Below, piece by piece: positions 28,302-35,866 of a stretch of DNA of 35,866 nucleotides; position 1 is the first letter of the stretch, and each line of letters opens with the position of its first letter. The DNA is from Treponema sp. Its GTDB lineage: Bacteria > Spirochaetota > Spirochaetia > Treponematales > Breznakiellaceae. The stretch spans positions 1 through 35,866 of the forward strand of contig JAIRUY010000139.1 in assembly GCA_031254175.1 (NCBI GenBank), read 5' to 3'. The notes below the pieces were generated by a model, which saw only the letters and a program-made list of their open reading frames with translations, was not told the origin of the DNA and ran no database searches. Position numbers and translations under genes: made by a program.

Positions 28302-29504
28302 ATGTCTAAATTACCAAACATTATTCAACGTCGTGAGTTTGAGCCTCTGATGCTAAAGGCTTTTAAATTCGCAAGACATTATGAAAAAGCTGCAAATTGC
28401 GTTGTTTCTGTTATGGGATCAAATTATGATAACGCCTCCAATCAATTTGATGATATTTGCAGAAACTGCAAAAGAAAAACCATCGGCTGCTCAGAAAAGG
28501 TATGCGCAATTTTACACAAGAAAGCCGTAAACGAAGCAAGGCAAACCGGAGGCTCACACATATATATTTGTTCCGAAGGTTTGGCTTTCTGGACAAGTCC
28601 CTTTTATTCAGGCGAACGTTTTGCCGGAGCGTTTGTTTCGGGCGGCATTACGGTGAAAAACAACAGGAAGGTAAAAGCCCTTGCCAATATGATGCTGATC
28701 TGCGCAGATCAGCTGTCCAGCATGAGCAATAAAAGAAAAAATATCACAACGCAAACGGATAATTTAAAATTCACGTCACAATCACCTGAAACAGGCGGTA
28801 ATGAGAGTGATAAAAGAGCCGAAAATCCGGCTTGCTCAATAGACATGGAAAGGCTGTTATTGGCAAACTTGCGCCGCGGGGACATTGTCGAAGCTGAAAA
28901 AATGCTTCTTTGTTTAATAAACGCCTGTTATCAGGAAGTACAGTGCAATTTACAGGCTTTCCGCATGAAAGCCATGGAATTTGCAGTTTTATTATCCAGA
29001 GCGGCAATAGAAGCCAACGATATAAGCGATGAAATTGTCTTTGAAGCAAACAATCTTTACTTAAATAAAATTGAAAAAAGTCCAAGTCTTCAGGAAATAA
29101 CGAAAATTCTTCTGTGCATCATAAAAAAAATGTCGGGAATATTTTTCTCGTTTCACGGAGTAAGGCATTTTCCCGCGCTCAGAAAAGCTGAACGTTACAT
29201 CATGAATAACTATACAAGAAAACTCAGCCTGAATGAAATCGCGGATGTTTCGGGACTTTCCGCTCCCTATTTCAGCACAATTTTTAAGGAAGAAATGGGA
29301 GAGAATCTGTCAAATTATCTTAACCGGCTTAGAACAGAAAAAGCGGCGACGATGCTCGTTACGACAAATATGTCAATAAGCGAGATAGCAAAAACATGCG
29401 GTTTTGAGGATCAGAGCTGGTTCTCAAAAATTTTCAAAAGCAACACCGGGCAGAGCCCTGGAAAATACCGTGAACAGGGAAGTTTTTCCGGTATATCAGC
29501 ATAA
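28302..29504 (+). CDS. AraC-family regulator with N-terminal PocR-like sensor domain
   Basis: C-terminal double HTH (LSAPYFSTIFKEEMG...GFEDQSWFSKIFK...SPGKYR); N-terminal H..A..EA..GG..IY.C..G; ATG 28302 after TAAGGAG. Confidence 0.88.
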   Translation: MSKLPNIIQRREFEPLMLKAFKFARHYEKAANCVVSVMGSNYDNASNQFDDICRNCKRKTIGCSEKVCAILHKKAVNEARQTGGSHIYICSEGLAFWTSPFYSGERFAGAFVSGGITVKNNRKVKALANMMLICADQLSSMSNKRKNITTQTDNLKFTSQSPETGGNESDKRAENPACSIDMERLLLANLRRGDIVEAEKMLLCLINACYQEVQCNLQAFRMKAMEFAVLLSRAAIEANDISDEIVFEANNLYLNKIEKSPSLQEITKILLCIIKKMSGIFFSFHGVRHFPALRKAERYIMNNYTRKLSLNEIADVSGLSAPYFSTIFKEEMGENLSNYLNRLRTEKAATMLVTTNMSISEIAKTCGFEDQSWFSKIFKSNTGQSPGKYREQGSFSGISA

Positions 29505-29517
29505 AAAGAGGGAGATT

Positions 29518-30948
29518 ATGAAAGAAAACAAAACCAAAACAAACGAACAACAGGAAGAACTGATAAACAAAGCAATGAAAATGATGCTGGATTACAATCA
29601 GGCCACCGGCTGCAGTATTTGCATTTACGACAAGGATTATAAACCTTATGCCCCCATGGGCATTGAATGCTACCCGGAAAAAACTATTTGCAGGCACTGC
29701 AAAAACAATCAGCCGGGACACGAACCATGTCATGAAATGCACATAAACGCAATAAAAGAAACAAATAAAACCGGCGGGTTTCATATTTATAAATGCGCTC
29801 TTGGTTTCCTGTTTTGGGTCAGCCCAATATATACCGAAGGCAGTTTCTCGGGGGCAATCAGGGGCGGCGGGTTTCTGGCAGAAACCGATGCCGGCGAAGT
29901 CAAACCGTCAGGCGACACTTCATCACATCAAAACCTTCTCCGGTCCGGAAAAAAAACAGTTGACATTTATTCAAATGCCAACGATACTCTTGTTATGTGC
30001 ACAGACGACATATCAAAGGAAGACTTTAAGGGGCACATTAATTCATCTCCCAGAGCAGACGAAGAAAAAGCGCAATCTCTGGCGGAGATGATGCAACTGT
30101 GCGCGGAATCATTAAGTTCCGGAAGCGAAGATTATCATGAAACAATCAAAAGAAGGGCTGAACAGCAGGATACAATAGTAAAAATAATTGAAAATCTAAA
30201 GAGTCAGCACAATGAAAACGTGGAAAAGCCCGGTTATCCGCTGGAAAAAGAAAAAAATTTGATGTCTGCCCTTCGTAAAGGCGATGCCAATGAAGCAAAA
30301 AAACAACTGAATGAACTTTTGGCTATGGTATTTTTTTCATATCCGGGACAGTTTAAATATATACAATTACGGATAACAGAGCTTGTTATACTCATCTCCA
30401 GAGTGGAAATCAGTCCTGTTAAAAGCGGAAATCTTTCCATGGAAATAAACAGTCAAAACCTGAAATTTGTCCAGGAAGCCAAAAGCATTGAAGAGTTAAC
30501 TGATATTATTCATACCATCGTAGATCGCGTGACCAGCGTAATATCTTCTTTCCGGGGTATCCCGCATGCCGCAGCGTTAAGGAAAGCGGAAAATTTCATC
30601 CTTGAAAATTTTACAAGGAAAATCAGCCTGAAAGAAATCTCCGCTGTAGCAGGTCTTTCTCCTCCTTATTTCAGCACAATTTTTAAGGAAGAAATGGGGG
30701 AAAACCTTTCGAAATACCTTAACAGACTGAGGGTGGAAAAGGCCAGCCGCCTGCTGCTTGAAACAGATATGTCGCTCAGCGAAATAGCCGCCTGCTGCTG
30801 TTTTGAAGACCAAAGCTGGTTTACAAAAATATTTAAGGCTTACATTGGCATCAGCCCCGGAAAATACCGCAATCAGGGCGGCGGATTTGTCAGGGATAAC
30901 AGCGATGACAACGGTTCGCAAGCATTACGCAAAATCCAGAAGAAGTAG
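29518..30948 (+). CDS. AraC-family regulator with PocR-like sensor domain (paralog of the upstream gene)
   Basis: Same architecture, near-identical HTH region; ATG 29518 after GAGGGAG. Confidence 0.88.
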   Translation: MKENKTKTNEQQEELINKAMKMMLDYNQATGCSICIYDKDYKPYAPMGIECYPEKTICRHCKNNQPGHEPCHEMHINAIKETNKTGGFHIYKCALGFLFWVSPIYTEGSFSGAIRGGGFLAETDAGEVKPSGDTSSHQNLLRSGKKTVDIYSNANDTLVMCTDDISKEDFKGHINSSPRADEEKAQSLAEMMQLCAESLSSGSEDYHETIKRRAEQQDTIVKIIENLKSQHNENVEKPGYPLEKEKNLMSALRKGDANEAKKQLNELLAMVFFSYPGQFKYIQLRITELVILISRVEISPVKSGNLSMEINSQNLKFVQEAKSIEELTDIIHTIVDRVTSVISSFRGIPHAAALRKAENFILENFTRKISLKEISAVAGLSPPYFSTIFKEEMGENLSKYLNRLRVEKASRLLLETDMSLSEIAACCCFEDQSWFTKIFKAYIGISPGKYRNQGGGFVRDNSDDNGSQALRKIQKK

Positions 30949-30965
30949 ACGAAACTCCCTGCGAT

Positions 30966-30996
30966 AAAAAAAGCCACGGTCAACCGTGGCTTTTTT
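30966..30996. terminator. bidirectional intrinsic terminator
   Basis: A7-GCCACGGT-CA-ACCGTGGC-T6 between convergent genes. Confidence 0.92.
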
Positions 30997-31019
30997 ATTA
31001 ATTGGACTTGTTCGATAAC

Positions 31020-32126
31020 TCAGAGCTTCGGAGAGGGAATTATCGCCAGCTCTGTCTCTTTGTCGAAAAAGCGCGCTTTTTCCATTTTCGGAATAAAGTT
31101 GGCAGTATCGCCGACTTTGAAATTATGGTTGGGTTCAGTACGCGCTACCAGCGGCTGGGTTTCTGTTGTAAGCCAAAGATGAATATCAGCACCTAACGGT
31201 TCAACAACAGTTACCTTCACGCCAAAACTATTGTTACCGCCGGATTCTGAATAAACCAAATCTTCCGGTCTGATACCAAAGAAAACTTCCTTTCCGGCAA
31301 ATTTTTTAAGGTATTCATTGTGAGACGAATCCGCTTTTATTTTAAATGAACCTTCGTCCAAAATAATGGAATTTCCATCGTCAACAACTTTTACAGTGAG
31401 AAAGTTCATCGGCGGCGAACCGATAAAACCAGCCACGAATTTGTTGACGGGATAATTATAAAGGAATAAGGGAGAACCAATCTGTTGTACTTTTCCGTCC
31501 TTCATAACAACAATTTTGCTCGCCATAGTCATTGCTTCTACCTGATCGTGGGTGACATAGATTATGGTTGCGTTAAGACGCAGGTGAAGGCTGGAAAGCT
31601 CCGCTCTCATCTGCACACGCAATTTCGCATCAAGATTTGAAAGAGGTTCGTCAAAAAGAAAAACTTTGGGGTTACGGACGATAGCGCGTCCGACAGCAAC
31701 ACGCTGTCTCTGACCGCCGGAAAGAGCCTTTGGTTTGCGATCCAGAAATTTCTCAATATCCAGAACACGGGCTGCTTCATTTACACGCCTGTCAATTTCA
31801 TCCTTGGGAATTTTCTTGATCCTCAAACCAAATGCCATGTTTTCATAAACTGACATATGCGGATAAAGGGCGTAGTTCTGGAATACCATTGCGATATTCC
31901 TGTCTTTTGGCGGAACATCGTTCATTTTTTCGCCGTCTATAAGCAGTTCGCCTTCTGTTATATCCTCAAGACCGGCAACCATACGAAGAGTGGTGGATTT
32001 ACCGCAGCCTGAAGGTCCTACAAGAACGACAAACTCCTTGTTTTCAACTACTATGTTGGCATCGTCTACAGCACGGACACCGCCGTCATACACCTTGGAA
32101 ATGGATTTCAACTCAACTTTTGCCAT
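31020..32126 (-). CDS. carbohydrate ABC transporter ATPase (MalK/MsmX/UgpC family), orphan
   Basis: GPSGCGKS, VFQNYALYPHM, LSGGQRQR, DEPLSNLDA, C-terminal TOBE domain; ATG 32126 after GGGAGG. Confidence 0.92.
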   Translation of the reverse strand: MAKVELKSISKVYDGGVRAVDDANIVVENKEFVVLVGPSGCGKSTTLRMVAGLEDITEGELLIDGEKMNDVPPKDRNIAMVFQNYALYPHMSVYENMAFGLRIKKIPKDEIDRRVNEAARVLDIEKFLDRKPKALSGGQRQRVAVGRAIVRNPKVFLFDEPLSNLDAKLRVQMRAELSSLHLRLNATIIYVTHDQVEAMTMASKIVVMKDGKVQQIGSPLFLYNYPVNKFVAGFIGSPPMNFLTVKVVDDGNSIILDEGSFKIKADSSHNEYLKKFAGKEVFFGIRPEDLVYSESGGNNSFGVKVTVVEPLGADIHLWLTTETQPLVARTEPNHNFKVGDTANFIPKMEKARFFDKETELAIIPSPKL

Positions 32127-32164
32127 ACGCTGGCCTCCCTTTTGGGTTATTTTATAGTTGCGTA

Positions 32165-32194
32165 AGTATAACACTGAAAGCGGCTATTTGTCAA
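32165..32194 (-). promoter_or_regulatory. sigma-70 promoter of the ABC ATPase gene
   Basis: Minus strand TTGACA-18 nt-TATACT with extended TG. Confidence 0.65.
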
Positions 32195-32216
32195 ACTGTA
32201 TTATTAAGGCTAAAGT
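32188..32216 (+). promoter_or_regulatory. sigma-70 promoter for the candidate ncRNA
   Basis: TTGTCA-17 nt-TAAAGT. Confidence 0.55.
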
Positions 32217-32222
32217 CTGCCT

Positions 32223-32328
32223 TTAAACAGACCGATACTGTATACATCGGGAGGGATTACCTCTCATAATCAGACGGTGTGCATATGAACCGCAAGGTTC
32301 AGACGTCCAGGCACATCGTCTTTTTTTT
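32223..32328 (+). ncRNA. candidate structured small RNA or riboswitch-like leader, family not recognised
   Basis: Three consecutive stem-loops, a GCAA tetraloop, G-U pairs favouring the + strand, a terminal T8, and an upstream promoter. Confidence 0.55.
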
Positions 32329-32354
32329 GCCCTAAAAAAATTTATATGGCGGGG

Positions 32355-32383
32355 TTGTCTATTGCTCCCGATCCCGTTATTCT
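32355..32383 (+). promoter_or_regulatory. sigma-70 promoter of ald
   Basis: TTGTCT-17 nt-TATTCT, followed by GGGAG SD and ATG 32401. Confidence 0.55.
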
Positions 32384-32400
32384 TTTTATGGGAGTAATAA

Positions 32401-33516
32401 ATGATAGTAGGAACAGTAAAAGAAGTAAAAAAGCACGAATACCGGGTAGGTTTAACGCCGAAAGCGGCGGAAGCCTATAAAAACGCAGGGCATACCGTTT
32501 TGGTGGAAAAAGGCGCCGGTGAAGGCGCCGGTTACACTGATGATCAATACGCGGCGGCGGGAGCAAAACTTATGCCTTCCGCTAAAGACATTTGGGCTGA
32601 TGCCGGCATGATAATAAAAGTAAAAGAGCCTCTGGAAAACGAATACGCCCTTATTCGTGAAAATCAGATTTTGTACACATATTTGCATCTGGCTTCTGAC
32701 AAGCCGCAGACTGAGGCTCTGCTCAAATCAAAGTGCATAGCCATTGCTTACGAAACTATCCGGGACAACAAAGGGCAGCTTCCCTGCCTTAAGCCGATGA
32801 GCCAGATAGCAGGCCGTATGGCCATTCAGGAAGGAGCAAAATACCTCGAAAAACCGATGGGCGGCAGAGGCGTGCTTCTTTCCGGCGTGCCCGGAGTTCC
32901 TCATGCGGAAATTGTCGTTCTGGGGGCGGGCATTGTAGGCGCAAGCGCGGTAAAACTGGCAGTAGGTTCGGGTGCCCACGTTACGGTTGTCGATTTAGAC
33001 CTTGACAAACTCAGTTATCTTGAAGATCTTTATGACAGCCGCATTACAACACTTTATTCTACCCCTGAAAATATTGAACAAATCCTGCCCTTTGCCGATC
33101 TGGTTGTTGGAGCAGTGCTTATTCCGGGTTCTGCCGCGCCAAAACTTATTCGTAACAAACATTTATCAATGATGAAAAACGGATCGGTTATAGTGGATGT
33201 TGCGATAGATCAGGGCGGCTGCAGCGAAGCAAGCCATATCACCTACCATGACGACCCGGTCTTTATAAAAGACGGCGTAATAAATTATTGCGTAGGCAAT
33301 ATGCCCGGCGCTGTGTCCTATACATCAACCAACGCTCTTGGCAACGCAACACTGCGTTACGGTTTGATGATTGCGAATACAGGCCCCGAAGCTGCGCTGA
33401 AACAAGATTCAGGCCTCTTGGATGGATTAAACATTTACAAGGGAGCAATTACCTACAAAGGCGTTGCCGAAGCCCACAATCTTTCTTATACTCCCGCACT
33501 TGAGGTAATTAGGTAG
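32401..33516 (+). CDS. ald: alanine dehydrogenase
   Basis: KEVKKHEYRVGLTP, KVKEP, YLHLA, GAGIVG, VDVAIDQGGC, NMPGAV. Confidence 0.96.
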   Translation: MIVGTVKEVKKHEYRVGLTPKAAEAYKNAGHTVLVEKGAGEGAGYTDDQYAAAGAKLMPSAKDIWADAGMIIKVKEPLENEYALIRENQILYTYLHLASDKPQTEALLKSKCIAIAYETIRDNKGQLPCLKPMSQIAGRMAIQEGAKYLEKPMGGRGVLLSGVPGVPHAEIVVLGAGIVGASAVKLAVGSGAHVTVVDLDLDKLSYLEDLYDSRITTLYSTPENIEQILPFADLVVGAVLIPGSAAPKLIRNKHLSMMKNGSVIVDVAIDQGGCSEASHITYHDDPVFIKDGVINYCVGNMPGAVSYTSTNALGNATLRYGLMIANTGPEAALKQDSGLLDGLNIYKGAITYKGVAEAHNLSYTPALEVIR

Positions 33517-34393
33517 CAGTTACCTCTTCCTCTTTATCTTCAGTTTCCTCAACAGGGGTTGGGGTTATAGTCTTTTTCTCAGAAAAGAGCCAATTGCCGG
33601 TTTCATCTATATACTTCCTGACAATGGCGACATGAATATCAGTCCCCGTCTTATCAGTTTCTCTTTTCCAAAGACTTGCGTTTTTTATTGATTTAACAAC
33701 TCGTTTTTTGCCATTTTCGGCAACAGAACGGCACTTTTCCGGATTTTCCGAGTGGTTTGCCAGAGAACTGTCAAGAAAATAGGCTGAAAGAGCGGAAATA
33801 AGAGCATTATTTGAAAAAACGGCCAGCGATAAAAATTCAGGTTCTGCCGCATTAAAATCGCTGCCAAGCAGTTTGGAAAAACCGTAATACCAGCGTATCC
33901 ATTGATTTTCTTCACCCTTCCCTTTCTCAAAATATGTTTTAAAAAATTCGGCTGCTTCCCTGTAGCCGCCGCTTAAAACTCTGGCAGCGCCAAAAATCAG
34001 GATATTTTTTTCTACAACTATGGGTTTTGCATTTAAAGTCTTGGTTTCCAGCGTTAAAACAGAATTAAAATCTGACATTACAATATAAGAACTGGCCAAA
34101 AGTTTTACCTTCCGGGTACTATATTTGAGTTTTCCATAGATTTGTTGTTCCAGATAATAAGCAAGAGCAGGCCAATCTTCTCGTTCAAGAAGTGAAAGAA
34201 GCCGATAATTAGAAAAGAAAAACACACAAACGGCGGCAAGGAGCAAAACCATGAAGATCAGGAGCGGTATAGTTATAAACTGTAAGTTTGCCGCAAATTC
34301 AGGTCCTGCCAGCAGTCTCGGCAGAAGAATGGCCGCAAACACCACAATTATTAATATAATGCTAAATACAGTTATCAGATATTTGAACTTCAA
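33509..34393 (-). CDS. hypothetical membrane protein (2 N-terminal TM helices, helical/TPR-like C-terminus)
   Basis: 294-aa ORF, TTG start after GGGAG; 8-bp convergent overlap with ald. Confidence 0.75.
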   Translation of the reverse strand: MKFKYLITVFSIILIIVVFAAILLPRLLAGPEFAANLQFITIPLLIFMVLLLAAVCVFFFSNYRLLSLLEREDWPALAYYLEQQIYGKLKYSTRKVKLLASSYIVMSDFNSVLTLETKTLNAKPIVVEKNILIFGAARVLSGGYREAAEFFKTYFEKGKGEENQWIRWYYGFSKLLGSDFNAAEPEFLSLAVFSNNALISALSAYFLDSSLANHSENPEKCRSVAENGKKRVVKSIKNASLWKRETDKTGTDIHVAIVRKYIDETGNWLFSEKKTITPTPVEETEDKEEEVTAT

Positions 34394-34543
34394 CGAAAAC
34401 TCCCATATAACGACAAATGATATGAAGAATCATAAAAGAAAGATTAAATTACGTCAACATTGGGGAAGACTGCCCTTAAAATTAAATACCTTTCACTTGC
34501 TGCCAAAAAGAAGTATACTGAAAGCTATGGGATGGGAGAGTTA

Positions 34544-35683
34544 ATGAGTTTTTTAGTAAAAGAAATTCAGCCAAACAGTTTTTTCACAAAAGCAGTCTAT
34601 CTTGACAATGCGTTTCTCATTACGGCTCCTGAAATGCCTTTTACAGAGGAATTGGCAAAAACTCTGGAAAAATGGAGTTTTAACAGCGTGCTTTGCGACG
34701 GTGAAGCGCACACTCAATATACCACCAACGATTCCGATCTTGTTCAATCTCAAAGCAGTTCATCAGGGCTTTCCCAGCAATTGGATGCGGATAAACTTGA
34801 AAAAGCCGAAGATTTTTACGTAAATTTTTTAATGTTTGTTGAAAATATTTTTATCAGGGCGACTGTGTCCGATGAGCTGGACAGCAAAGCAGTAATGGAA
34901 AGAATAAAAGACTTGGTTGAATATATCAGAGAAGACCGCCGTTTTCTGATGAGGGTCTTAAGAGAACGCGAACCGGCTCCGGAAAAAAATTATCTTGCTG
35001 CTCACTCGGTACGGTCAACAATACTTTCCATAGTTATCGGGTCATTCTTGAAGATTCCAAACCACAGGATGATTGAACTGGGAGTTGCCGCCTTATTGCA
35101 TGAGGTTGGCATGTTAAAACTTCCTTCGAGTATATATCTCAGTCAGCGGCCGTTAAACGCAAATGAGCAAAAAGCAATTGTTTCACATCCTATACTTGGT
35201 TATACCATGCTTAAGTCTTTTGATTTTCCGCTTCCTGTGTGCCTTGCCGCGCTTGAACACCATGAACGTGAAAACGCTTCCGGTTATCCGCGGCGGCTTA
35301 CCAGTGATAAAATTGGACTATACTCCAAAATTATCGCCGTAGCCTGCTCTTACGAGGCCTTGAGTTCCAGACGGCCGCATAAGGAAGCCAAAGACGGTTA
35401 CACCGGCATGCTTGAATTGCTAAAGAATGAAGGCAAACGTTATGATGACACGGTTATAAAGGCTCTGGTGGTTTCTCTTTCAATATATCCGATAGGTTTG
35501 CATGTACTTTTGTCTAACGAAAAGAAGGGACAGGTTGTTGACGTAAACCCGGATAATCCAAGATTCCCGATTGTACAGATATTCGGCGAATATACACCGG
35601 ACGGAAAAATAAAAACAGCGCAGACATCTCCTGATGAGCTTTATATAATAAGGCCGTTACACCGTTCAGAGATTGAGTTATAA
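34544..35683 (+). CDS. HD-GYP domain protein with degenerate metal ligands
   Basis: HSVR, LLHEVG (HD to HE), HHERENASGYP, AVACSYEAL, RPHK; start ATG 34544 after GGGAG (34532 is an alternative). Confidence 0.85.
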   Translation: MSFLVKEIQPNSFFTKAVYLDNAFLITAPEMPFTEELAKTLEKWSFNSVLCDGEAHTQYTTNDSDLVQSQSSSSGLSQQLDADKLEKAEDFYVNFLMFVENIFIRATVSDELDSKAVMERIKDLVEYIREDRRFLMRVLREREPAPEKNYLAAHSVRSTILSIVIGSFLKIPNHRMIELGVAALLHEVGMLKLPSSIYLSQRPLNANEQKAIVSHPILGYTMLKSFDFPLPVCLAALEHHERENASGYPRRLTSDKIGLYSKIIAVACSYEALSSRRPHKEAKDGYTGMLELLKNEGKRYDDTVIKALVVSLSIYPIGLHVLLSNEKKGQVVDVNPDNPRFPIVQIFGEYTPDGKIKTAQTSPDELYIIRPLHRSEIEL

Positions 35684-35684
35684 G

Positions 35685-35866
35685 ATGTATCCCTTCCCGG
35701 CTGGTTTTATAGTTCTTGTATCAATATTATTAAGCAGTTTCTTTTCGATCTTTACTGCGGCTCTTGGCGCCTGCAGAAAAACACGCCTGGAAAAAGAACA
35801 CAAAAAACTCTACCGTTCGGCATTAAAAACAACTGAAAACCCGGAAAAATTATCGCTTGCCTGCAG
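35685..35866 (+). CDS. N-terminus of a CNNM/DUF21 (TlyC/CorB-like) membrane protein, truncated by window edge
   Basis: Open frame MYPFPAGFIVLVSILLSSFFSIFTAALGACRKTRLE...ALKTTENPEKL resembles the first CNNM helix; begins 1 nt after the HD-GYP stop. Confidence 0.6.
   Translation, partial: MYPFPAGFIVLVSILLSSFFSIFTAALGACRKTRLEKEHKKLYRSALKTTENPEKLSLAC

Noticed and set aside
31020-32126. Orphan ABC ATPase as a broken operon
   Set aside because: Stand-alone MsmX/MsmK-type ATPases shared among sugar transporters are well known.
32223-32328. SRP RNA, 6S RNA or a known riboswitch (glycine, ykkC, c-di-GMP)
   Set aside because: Lacks the SRP helix-8 CAGG/AGCA loop, is too short for 6S, and riboswitch consensus cores were not found by eye.
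32285-32335. 16-codon leader peptide MNRKVQTSRHIVFFLP
   Set aside because: No SD, no Ala-codon run, and the start is buried in the stem; an RNA-structure explanation fits better.

Overview
A 35.9-kb chromosomal window from a spirochete, most likely a Treponema-like anaerobe. The assignment is inferred from the def-fmt-PASTA operon next to a PlzA-type PilZ gene, a PUR/DUF3276 (BpuR-like) gene and treponeme-style HD-GYP and PocR-AraC proteins. Most genes are housekeeping (parE, pckG, fmt, def, lon, eno, cls, xth, rnhB, a phosphohexomutase, a MalK/MsmX-type ATPase, ald). No transposase, integrase, CRISPR array, rRNA or tRNA was seen. Main points of interest: (1) a 1092-aa acyl-adenylation/ACP/alpha-oxoamine synthase fusion followed by an SDR, a candidate self-contained sphingoid or amino-lipid pathway; (2) an RpoS-like sigma gene behind a consensus sigma-54 promoter with candidate activator sites, resembling the Borrelia RpoN-RpoS cascade; (3) a ~105-nt structured RNA candidate with its own promoter and U-tract between the ABC ATPase gene and ald; (4) a 2 x 63-bp double-hairpin repeat, varying only in its loops, over the RBS of the PUR gene; (5) many apparently leaderless genes; (6) a degenerate HD-GYP protein. 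All assignments are by eye; no database searches were run.
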